The notes under the pieces are model-generated. The model saw nothing but the letters and a program-made list of their open reading frames with translations. It was not told the DNA's origin and did not search any database. Source: Actinomycetota bacterium (lineage in GTDB: Bacteria > Actinomycetota > Thermoleophilia > RBG-16-64-13). Taken from it: a stretch of 64,000 bases of DNA. The stretch covers positions 981 to 64,980 of the forward strand of contig JAAYCW010000201.1 in NCBI GenBank assembly GCA_012729575.1. Reading direction: 5' to 3'. Position numbers and translations under genes: made by a program. How positions within the stretch are numbered: position 1 is the stretch's first letter; every line of letters starts with the position of its first letter. Below, piece by piece: positions 8,241 to 16,296 of the stretch.

Positions 8241-11200
8241 GGCCAGCAACTCGATCGGGTGCACTGTCTCGGTGCCCGTAGCGTGGGCCAACTGCATCCG
8301 GCAGGTGCTGCACTCGCTGGCCAGTATGTCCGGAGCCGTTTGGGCGATACGTTCAAAGAGCGGCGCCCCCACCTGCATAGAGAGTTCATAGGTGTCCGTC
8401 TTCATTCCGAATGTCCCCGCCATGCCGCAGCAGCCGGCCGCCAGATCGATTACTTCGATGCCGGGGATCTCGCGGAGTAACTCCATGGCCGGGTTGCCGA
8501 TCTGCTGGGCTTTCAGGTGGCAAGGCTGATGGTACCCGATCCGAAGCGGCCTGCTTTCAGGGGGTTTGTCGGCCGGAGAGATCGTCGATGAGGCTGTGGC
8601 TGAAGTGGCCTTTCGGCTTCTCTGCCGGATAGGGCCGGCGGGTGGCCTCGCTTCCGGATGGTCGGCCCTTTCTCGCACCAAGAACTCTCCCAGGTCGCGA
8701 GTGGCATTCGCCACCAGAGAGCACTCCGGGCTCTTCCAGTAGTCAGGGTAGTGCACCTTGAAGGCGAAAGTGGCCGTGGGCTCGGCGCTGATAAGGAGGG
8801 CACCTGCTTTGATATGGGGGAGCACAGAGTTGATGTTGTGCTTGACGACGTCGCGAGCCTTGTTCGCGTAGCCGTAGAGCATCTCGGGAATGCCGCTTGG
8901 GCGCTGCCCGGGAATGATGACGTCCAGTCCGTGGGCTTGGAGGACCCGTTCGACCAACAGAGCGAGCCCAGGGTCGTTGTAGTTGGCGAAGAGGTCGTAG
9001 AAGTACACCACTGACCCACCGGCGAGCGCTCGTGTAGTACCCGAACGTCCAACGTCGCTGTCGCTGATTCCCGGCTGGGTGGACGAGGAGGGCGCGGCGC
9101 CATCGGCGCGCGCCCGGAGCATCTGATCGAAGCTCTTCGGGGCGAACGTCGCCATCGGCCGTCGCCGGTCGATCCGGAGTAGAGGCTCGGCCATGCGCCG
9201 CAGGGGCCGGTTGTTGAGCAGAGGGTTGGTCAGCCGCGCGGTATGGCGGCCGAGTCTCGACACGGTCTCCGCGTAGCTGAGCACCACCTCGGGTGGATAG
9301 GCCCGGTGCTCCGCCCGGTATCTACTCTTGGCCTCCAGCATCAGCTTGGGAATGTTCACGTTGGAGGGGCACTCGACGGCGCACATGCCACACTCTATGC
9401 AGTAGTCGGTGACTGCCTTGGTGGCCGCCTGTCCGTACGCGCTATCGGGGTCGAGCACACCCGTGATGATGGCCCGCAGTACGTTGGCCTTGGCCCGCGG
9501 CGAGGCGTGCTCCCGGTGGGTGGCCTTGTACACCGGACACATAGTGGTCGAGACAGCGCTCTTGCAGAGTGCGCAACCGTGGCAGCGCTCTATCTCGCTC
9601 TCATATCCTCTCGCGGAGAAATGAAGAAGGGGGCTTTGGGGCAATGTGCGATATGCGGGTCCATACCGCACATCTCGGAACAGTGTTCCGCCACTCTCCT
9701 GTGGGCCGACCTTCTTGCCCGGATTCATCAGGTCCTCGGGATCGAACGCTTCCTTGATGCGTTCGAACAGATCATACACCGCACTTCCATACATCTCTCT
9801 GAGTCGCGGTGTGTGGACCAGCCCGTCACCGTGCTCGCCTGACATGGTGCCCCTCACCCCAAGCACGTACTCGGAGACTTCGTCGTAGATACGCTGCATG
9901 ACACGCGCATCCTCAGGACTCTTGGGGTCCAGAACGGGCCGGGTATGGAGATTACCGTCGCCGGCGTGACCGACCATCACAGCGTCTACGCCTTCACGAT
10001 CGAAAAGCTTCTGAAGGAAGGCGACACAGGCCGGCAGCGCGGTGGGATGAACGGTGATGTCTTCTATGAAAGGGAGCGGTTGCCGTCCGCCCGGCATGCG
10101 CTGCATCAGAGCGACCGCCGACTTGCGCACCTTCCAGAGATGAACGGTCTGCTCAGCCGTGGTCGCCCGCACCAACTGGAGGGCGCCGGTCCCATCCAGA
10201 TGCCTTCGGAGATCGCTGAACTTCTCGTCCAACTCGTCCGTATCCTTTCCCTCAAACTCTATCAAGAGGGCCGTGTCCGTCTGGTCAGGGAGCATTACGT
10301 CGACGCGGGAATCATGCTTGCGCACCAGACTGAGGAAGCGCGAATCCATGATCTCCACTGCCGTGGGCGCCAAGGCGAGTATCCCCGGGACCGCCTCACC
10401 GGAGGCGAAAACCGAAGGGAAATAAGCCATCGCAATGCCACGTTTGGCCGGTAGAGGGACGAGATTGAGGGTCGCTTCGGTGACCAGCCCGAGCGTGCCT
10501 TCAGCGCCCACGAACAATCTCTGGAGTTGGGCAAGTGCCGGCACTGAGACTGCGCGGCCCGGATCTGCCGGTCCGGCGGTTGCTGCCGACCGTGCGTCGT
10601 CGGCCAAGACGGCTTCCACCCGATAACCGCAGGAGTTCTTGACCACTTGAGGCATAGCCCCATGTATCATGTCCTGAGCGGCGCGCAATTCTGGAAGCAC
10701 GGCGGCAAAAGCTCGGCCGGCAGCGGTATCGGAGGTTAACAGGTCGGTCAGTGGGTCGCTGTCCAGTTCAAGTGGCCGAGCGTGGAAGAGGCTGCCATCG
10801 GCCATCGCTACATCGAGAGCGAGAACATGGTCCTTGGTGGCGCCATAGGCGACCGAGCGGGCTCCCGAGGCGTTCGTGCCTATCATGCCCCCCAGGCTGC
10901 AGTGGTTCTCGCTTGACGGATCGGGAGCGAAGAAGACGTCGAACTGTCGCAGGTAGTGATTGAGCGAAGCCATGACCACGCCGGGTTGTACGCGCACCCA
11001 GGAGGCGTCCGGGGCCACCTCCAAAATGGAATGCATGTACCGGGTGAAGTCCACTTGGATGCCGGCGCCCACGGCTGCTCCATTCAGGCCGGAGCCCATA
11101 CCGCGTGCCACCAAAGCTATGCGCCGCTCGGCGGCGTAACTCACCAACCGCAGAACGTCGTGGGCGTCTCGAGGCGAAACGACTCCCAGAGGCTCGATCT

Positions 11201-11312
11201 GGCTCAGCCCGGCGTCGGTCGCATAAAGCCAGCGGCTGATAGGATCGAACTCGACATCTCCACGGATCATGGAGCGCAGGTCGCGTGCAACAGTATCGCG
11301 AAAGTCGGTCAT
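8211..11312 (-). CDS. FAD-binding oxidase fused to a Cys-rich Fe-S domain (GlcD-like plus GlcF/CCG-like; D-lactate/glycolate dehydrogenase family)
   Basis: N-terminal FAD-binding PCMH-type domain (GMGSGLNGAAVGAGIQVD, ENHCSLGGMIGTNASG). Central 4Fe-4S ferredoxin motifs (CHGCALCKSAVSTTMCP, CIECGMCAVECP). C-terminal CCG cysteine-rich domains. 1033 aa. Confidence 0.85.
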   Translation of the reverse strand: MTDFRDTVARDLRSMIRGDVEFDPISRWLYATDAGLSQIEPLGVVSPRDAHDVLRLVSYAAERRIALVARGMGSGLNGAAVGAGIQVDFTRYMHSILEVAPDASWVRVQPGVVMASLNHYLRQFDVFFAPDPSSENHCSLGGMIGTNASGARSVAYGATKDHVLALDVAMADGSLFHARPLELDSDPLTDLLTSDTAAGRAFAAVLPELRAAQDMIHGAMPQVVKNSCGYRVEAVLADDARSAATAGPADPGRAVSVPALAQLQRLFVGAEGTLGLVTEATLNLVPLPAKRGIAMAYFPSVFASGEAVPGILALAPTAVEIMDSRFLSLVRKHDSRVDVMLPDQTDTALLIEFEGKDTDELDEKFSDLRRHLDGTGALQLVRATTAEQTVHLWKVRKSAVALMQRMPGGRQPLPFIEDITVHPTALPACVAFLQKLFDREGVDAVMVGHAGDGNLHTRPVLDPKSPEDARVMQRIYDEVSEYVLGVRGTMSGEHGDGLVHTPRLREMYGSAVYDLFERIKEAFDPEDLMNPGKKVGPQESGGTLFRDVRYGPAYRTLPQSPLLHFSARGYESEIERCHGCALCKSAVSTTMCPVYKATHREHASPRAKANVLRAIITGVLDPDSAYGQAATKAVTDYCIECGMCAVECPSNVNIPKLMLEAKSRYRAEHRAYPPEVVLSYAETVSRLGRHTARLTNPLLNNRPLRRMAEPLLRIDRRRPMATFAPKSFDQMLRARADGAAPSSSTQPGISDSDVGRSGTTRALAGGSVVYFYDLFANYNDPGLALLVERVLQAHGLDVIIPGQRPSGIPEMLYGYANKARDVVKHNINSVLPHIKAGALLISAEPTATFAFKVHYPDYWKSPECSLVANATRDLGEFLVRERADHPEARPPAGPIRQRSRKATSATASSTISPADKPPESRPLRIGYHQPCHLKAQQIGNPAMELLREIPGIEVIDLAAGCCGMAGTFGMKTDTYELSMQVGAPLFERIAQTAPDILASECSTCRMQLAHATGTETVHPIELLAESYGVPPTS

Positions 11313-11465
11313 GGGTCTGAATGATAGCGCGGGTAGGCGGTTCGTGAGAGAATGCTCGGACGCCCGGGGGATACGCTTCCTGGGTGTCGAAGGTTCTATA
11401 CCTATGGAGGGATCTGAGCAGTGTGAAATGCGGTGCGTCCGCCTGTCCGTTGAAGGGGGTGAGTC

Positions 11466-12398
11466 ATGCTAGCCATTCTCAAGACGACCCCGGCGGGTCT
11501 TACCCGATCGGAGGAGTTCGAACCCGGCTCCTGGATCGATCTGGTCAGCCCCACGGAGGAAGAGCTTCAGCGAGTGAGCGAGGAACTGGCGATCCCGCTC
11601 GATCTGCTGAGGGGCCCACTGGACGAGGAAGAAAAATCGCGGATAGACGTGGAGGATGGTCTGACTCAAGTCATCGTGGATATCCCCGTGCTGGTCAGGG
11701 AGGACGACCAACGGGGTTACGAGACTATCCCGCTTGGGATACTCGTACATCCCGACTACCTCATCACCACGTGTCTCAGGCCCAATCCGATCCTCGGCGA
11801 GTTCGAGAGAGGTAGCGTCCGGGGCTTCGCCACCTTCTGGAAGACCCGCTTCCTCCTTCAGATACTCCTACGGGTCTCGGCCTTCTACCTGCGCTATTTG
11901 GGACGCATCGATCGCGAGACCGACAAGCTGGAGACCGAACTCCGCCAGTCCATGAAGAACGAGGAGATCTTCGACCTATTGGGTTTGCAGAAGTCGCTGG
12001 TGTACTTCACCACCTCGCTGCGCGCGAACGAGGCGGTCCTGCAGAAGCTTCTTCGGACGAAGACGGTGAAGATGTACGAGGAGGATGAGGATCTTCTCGA
12101 GGATGTGATAGTTGAGAACAGGCAGGCCTCGGAGATGGCGAAGATCTACGCAGACATCCTTACAGGGATGATGGACGCCTTCACCTCGGTCATCTCGAAC
12201 AACCTGAACCGGGTCATGAAGTTCCTCACGTCCGTGACCATCCTTCTGTCCATTCCGACGATCGTGGCCTCCATGTACGGGATGAACGTCGACCTGCCGT
12301 TTCAGCACTACTCGCACGCGTTCGTGCTGACCATCGTGATCTGGTTGGTGATCTCGGGGGCTCTGGCGTTGGTGTTCTGGAGGAAGAGATACCTCTAG
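11466..12398 (+). CDS. corA: magnesium/cobalt transporter CorA
   Basis: C-terminal two-TM region with the signature YGMNV (GMN motif). Acidic N-terminal cytoplasmic domain. 310 aa. Confidence 0.9.
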   Translation: MLAILKTTPAGLTRSEEFEPGSWIDLVSPTEEELQRVSEELAIPLDLLRGPLDEEEKSRIDVEDGLTQVIVDIPVLVREDDQRGYETIPLGILVHPDYLITTCLRPNPILGEFERGSVRGFATFWKTRFLLQILLRVSAFYLRYLGRIDRETDKLETELRQSMKNEEIFDLLGLQKSLVYFTTSLRANEAVLQKLLRTKTVKMYEEDEDLLEDVIVENRQASEMAKIYADILTGMMDAFTSVISNNLNRVMKFLTSVTILLSIPTIVASMYGMNVDLPFQHYSHAFVLTIVIWLVISGALALVFWRKRYL

Positions 12399-14239
12399 CG
12401 CCAGGGTGAGAGCGGTGGTTGCGAAGGCGCGCGCGGCTTGCGCCGCGCGCGCGGTACTGGAGGTTCGAGTAGACTCAGTTCGTCTGTGACCTCAAGAGTC
12501 TCTATGGGGACTACCCGCATCCGCTTGACGCCGGACAAGACCGCAAGGCCCGCAGCCAAGAATACTACCGCCAAGGGACCCAGAACGCCATATGCCCCTG
12601 AGACCGTCTGGACTATCAGGAACCACCAGGCCCTCCACCACCCCACGCCGTATCCAACGGCGATGTAGACGTAGAGGGCGACCGGGGCGATCAGCCCAAG
12701 CAGGAGCACCGGCGCGTTGGTGGTCAGCCTTTGCCGCCAGAATGCGCCTGAATATACGGGCTCCGCGAAGCAAGTTGCGAGCGGCCATGCCCAGGCGATG
12801 GTGAGGCTGATGAGGATCAAGAAAGGTGACCGGGAAAGAAGGAGCACCATGCCTATTAGAATGCTGAAGAAGCCTGTACAGAGACGGGCCATCTCGGTGG
12901 TGGCCCTGCCTTCTCGAGGCCGCAAGTAGCCCAGAAAACGGCGGGAGACAACGAAGACCACGAGTCCGACCAAGACGAGGATAAGGGTGGGTGCGAGTCG
13001 TGGTTGGGTGCTCGGCCCCAGAGAGGTGGGTACCTGGAAGCGGTACAGAGGAATCATGCCGACCCGAGACAGTATGTACATGAGCAGCATCAGGAGCGCC
13101 AAGGGCAACGCGAAAGACAGAAGGTTACGCAAATGTCTGAATGCAGCCGAAGCGCTGACGCGCGAGGAAAAGAGCCAGATCAGAAGGACTGCGAGGGTGG
13201 GCAACAACATCAGCACGGCCAGAAGAGTGACGGCCTGCTGGGTCAGATACCGGCCCGACCGCAGCAGCAGAGCAGTGCCGGGATCAGACGGCACCTCGGT
13301 ACCGGAATCCAGAGATAGAATCAGTCGTTCGATGCTGGCACCCTGAGTAGCCATACCAGCGGCTGTGGGGCTGCCGCTTCCGTGGTCGTACAATCGGAGA
13401 GAGGCGATACCTCTACTCAGCCCCGCTACCTGATCGCCTCTGGAAAGAGAGAGGGCACGATCTGCCGCCTGGCTGAGCAGGCCGGGCACGTTCAGATCGA
13501 GGCCGACATCGGCCAACGTGCGGCTGACGAGTTGGATGTACCAGCCGGGGGTGGTGCCTTGCGGAGCGGTCACTCCTGCAGTCAGGGAGGTGGTACGCTC
13601 TTTCCCGAGGCCGTGGATCGAGAGGATCGTCGAGACATGCTCAGCGAGTCCGCTCTCCTTCAGGAAGTGGTCTATTCCCACTCCGCCCGTGCCGATATCC
13701 TCAGTGGATAAGAAGACCAGGGTCTTCTGGTGGGGTCTGGCCCAGAATACCTGGATCAGTTCCAGTAAGATCGCAGTCCCGCTCGCATAGTCCAGCGGCT
13801 GGAAGTTCACCACATCTTCTACGGTGGGAATGTCCCGCGGTGCTGCGAGAACGATTGTCTCTCTGCTCGCTCCCTGCAACACCACGGCGACATTGCGGAC
13901 CGTGATCTCCTCGTGACCCATCGGCGTCTGGAACTCAGTGACCGTGGCTAGATCGGGGTCGGGGAGTTTCTCGGCGATCCAATTGACTACATCGCGCGAA
14001 TCCGCTGAGTCCAGAGTACGGTCGGGATAGTACTTGAGCATGTCCTCCGCCGCGCGGAAGGCGCGGTTGGAGTCAAAGAAGGTGGGGCCGGTTGCCAACT
14101 CGACGCTCGATTCGGGAGAAGAGATGGACAGGAAGACCACGGCGCCCGCCAATATCAGGAGGCCGGCGCAGACAACGTACGCCGTCTTTCTCCATTGCCG
14201 GATGCGGTCGACGAGGCGCCGGCGGATAGTAAGGGGCAT
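12395..14239 (-). CDS. polytopic membrane protein with an M28-peptidase-like (possibly inactive) extracytoplasmic domain
   Basis: N-terminal TM helix, then a segment resembling M28 aminopeptidases (DYASGTAILLELIQVF...LVFLSTEDIGTGGVGIDHF). The HxD zinc motif is not evident. The C-terminal half has 8 or more predicted TM helices. Confidence 0.3.
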   Translation of the reverse strand: MPLTIRRRLVDRIRQWRKTAYVVCAGLLILAGAVVFLSISSPESSVELATGPTFFDSNRAFRAAEDMLKYYPDRTLDSADSRDVVNWIAEKLPDPDLATVTEFQTPMGHEEITVRNVAVVLQGASRETIVLAAPRDIPTVEDVVNFQPLDYASGTAILLELIQVFWARPHQKTLVFLSTEDIGTGGVGIDHFLKESGLAEHVSTILSIHGLGKERTTSLTAGVTAPQGTTPGWYIQLVSRTLADVGLDLNVPGLLSQAADRALSLSRGDQVAGLSRGIASLRLYDHGSGSPTAAGMATQGASIERLILSLDSGTEVPSDPGTALLLRSGRYLTQQAVTLLAVLMLLPTLAVLLIWLFSSRVSASAAFRHLRNLLSFALPLALLMLLMYILSRVGMIPLYRFQVPTSLGPSTQPRLAPTLILVLVGLVVFVVSRRFLGYLRPREGRATTEMARLCTGFFSILIGMVLLLSRSPFLILISLTIAWAWPLATCFAEPVYSGAFWRQRLTTNAPVLLLGLIAPVALYVYIAVGYGVGWWRAWWFLIVQTVSGAYGVLGPLAVVFLAAGLAVLSGVKRMRVVPIETLEVTDELSLLEPPVPRARRKPRAPSQPPLSPWR

Positions 14240-14329
14240 TTAAGACTCCGGTTCGATTGGGGTCTGCCTGATTTTATGCCCCAGGTAACGGAAGAGGCAA
14301 ATGGCTGCCCCGGAGGGCCTGCAGAACGG

Positions 14330-14563
14330 CTACGCCCGCCTCCGCCTCTCTGCGATCATCCGCTCGATCATCCGATCAGCGATGATGGCGGCCGGGACGT
14401 GGTAGCGGCCGGTTCGTACCAGCTCATGGATGGTCTGCAGACGGGAAGCGGGTTCCGCGGCGTTCAAATCCTGGTCCGACCCGACCTGGTCAGGTAAGAA
14501 GGTTTTTTCGAGAGCCATATCCGCGGCCTCTTCGCTCGTTGACTTCTCGGCTCTATCGCTCAT
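14330..14563 (-). CDS. FlgM-like anti-sigma factor family small protein
   Basis: 77 aa with a disordered acidic N-terminus. The C-terminal helix (RLQTIHELVRTGRYHVPAAIIADRMIERMI) matches the FlgM pattern of conserved G-x-Y and IA residues. Confidence 0.45.
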   Translation of the reverse strand: MSDRAEKSTSEEAADMALEKTFLPDQVGSDQDLNAAEPASRLQTIHELVRTGRYHVPAAIIADRMIERMIAERRRRA

Positions 14564-14654
14564 GCTATGCTTCCTATCGGCCGGATGGGCTGGATGGTTT
14601 ACACGGAGAGTAAAAATCCGTGGCGGTTAACAGCCATGTTGGAAGGGCAATGAA

Positions 14655-15890
14655 TTGGCCATCGACTTGATCAGCATCGACGAAGCGAGGGCGCGCATCC
14701 TAGCAGAAGCCTCGCCCCTTGCCACTGAATCTCGCCCCCTGGCGGACGCTCTCGGCATGGTCCTGGGGGAGGAGATCGTAGCGGCTCACAGCGTCCCTCG
14801 CTTCGACAACGCCGGGATGGATGGATACGCCGTCAGATCGGTCGACACGATCGGCGGAACTCCCGATTCTCCGCGCAGGCTCAGTGTTGTTGAGACGATA
14901 CCGGCGGGTCGAGCGCCGGCCAGGGAACTGGGGAGTGGTGAAGCTGCGAAGATCATGACCGGAGCGCCTGTTCCCCAGGGGGCGGACGCAGTGATCCAGT
15001 CTGAGTTAACAGAAGAGTCGGACAATGAGGTGCTCATCTTCGACTCGACGGATCCGGGCAAGAATATCCGCTGTGCCGGCGAGGACGTCATGGCAGGTGA
15101 CCGGGTCATGGGGTTGGGTGACGCGCTTGGCCCGGCGGAGATCGGGCTGATAGCAAGCCTCGGGTATCCCACGGTGGTGGTTCACAGACGCCCTCGCGTG
15201 GCGATCGTGTCTACCGGCAGTGAGCTGATTGAGGTGGATAGGCCTCTAGGTCCCGGCCAGATTCACAATTCCAACAGCTACTCACTCCAAGCTCAGTGCC
15301 GACAACTGGGCATCGATCCGATGATGCTCGGCATCGTCCCCGATGATTATGAGTCGACGCTGCAGCTCATGCGGAAGGGCATGGAATACGACGTGCTGCT
15401 CACCTCGGGAGGAGTCTCGGTGGGACAGTTCGATTTCGTGAAAGATGTTCACGACGAACTGGGCGTGGAGAGACGCTTGTGGGGAGTCAGGATGAAGCCG
15501 GGGAAACCGCTCGCCTTTGGAGTGCGCGGTGACACCTTGGTGTTTGGTCTTCCAGGCAATCCGGTATCGGTGATGGTGTCGTTCGAGTTGTTCGTGCGGC
15601 CGGCTCTGCTGCGTTTGATGGGCCATCGAAAGACCACAAGGCCGCTCTATCGGGCCATCATCACGGAGGATGCTGCGAACAGCGACGGCCGGGTGTTCGT
15701 GGTCAGGGTGAGGGCTTGGCGGGAGAACGGTTGCTGGCGGGTCAGTACGACCGGCCCGCAGGGATCCGGCATCCTGCGTTCCATGGTGGGTGCGAACGGT
15801 CTTGCCTTTGTTCCAGGGGGATCCAGGGGGGTACGTGCCGGTGAGGAAGTGGATTTTCTGTTGCTGCGGGAGGACTTGGAAGAGCTGTGA
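14655..15890 (+). CDS. moeA: molybdopterin molybdenum/tungsten transferase MoeA
   Basis: Gephyrin/MoeA architecture with conserved GMDGYAVR and GGVSVG motifs and the PGNPVS motif. 411 aa. Confidence 0.9.
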   Translation: MAIDLISIDEARARILAEASPLATESRPLADALGMVLGEEIVAAHSVPRFDNAGMDGYAVRSVDTIGGTPDSPRRLSVVETIPAGRAPARELGSGEAAKIMTGAPVPQGADAVIQSELTEESDNEVLIFDSTDPGKNIRCAGEDVMAGDRVMGLGDALGPAEIGLIASLGYPTVVVHRRPRVAIVSTGSELIEVDRPLGPGQIHNSNSYSLQAQCRQLGIDPMMLGIVPDDYESTLQLMRKGMEYDVLLTSGGVSVGQFDFVKDVHDELGVERRLWGVRMKPGKPLAFGVRGDTLVFGLPGNPVSVMVSFELFVRPALLRLMGHRKTTRPLYRAIITEDAANSDGRVFVVRVRAWRENGCWRVSTTGPQGSGILRSMVGANGLAFVPGGSRGVRAGEEVDFLLLREDLEEL

Positions 15891-16035
15891 TTGGAATAGG
15901 GAAGGTCGCGGGTTGGGATGTTTGCCCCGGAAGCCTTAGCGAGATAGAATAGACATGATGAGATGGTTAGTTCGACAGTGGCGCGGTGGTGATGCAGACG
16001 GCATACCCGTGCTAATTATGAAGGTAGTCCATTGG

Positions 16036-16066
16036 GCCTAGCAGCTTGCGCTGCTGGGCTTTTTTG
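16036..16066 (+). terminator. Rho-independent terminator/attenuator hairpin (10-bp GC-rich stem, TTGC loop, T6 tract)
   Basis: GCCTAGCAGC-TTGC-GCTGCTGGGC followed by TTTTTTGTTG. About 145 nt downstream of the moeA stop and 45 nt upstream of the small HTH ORF. Confidence 0.6.
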
Positions 16067-16110
16067 TTGTGCGGTATTCAGGCAATCGTTCAGTTTGGAA
16101 AGGAGATCTC

Positions 16111-16296
16111 ATGGCCAACCACTTCACCCCCGAGGAATTGGCAGAGGAGCTGGGTACCGAGACTCGAGATGTGATCCAGCTTTGTGTCAGAGAAGGCATC
16201 CCCATATATAAGGGGAAGATCGATCGAAGTCTTCTTACGGCGGTGATGAAGGCCAAGGGTATCCAGCTTCCGAAGACCCAGGTCGCGGCGGTCTAG
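16111..16296 (+). CDS. small helix-turn-helix DNA-binding protein (excisionase/MerR-like HTH)
   Basis: 61 aa. AAGGAG Shine-Dalgarno 9 bp upstream of the ATG. Sequence EELAEELGTETRDVIQLCVREGIPIYKG fits the excisionase-type HTH pattern. Convergent with the exonuclease gene (4-bp overlap). Confidence 0.45.
   Translation: MANHFTPEELAEELGTETRDVIQLCVREGIPIYKGKIDRSLLTAVMKAKGIQLPKTQVAAV

Noticed and set aside
11313-11465. Possible Mg2+-sensing (M-box) riboswitch in the corA 5' leader
   Set aside because: A ~150-nt leader is present, but I cannot recognise M-box conserved segments by eye. This needs an Rfam scan; it is not claimed.
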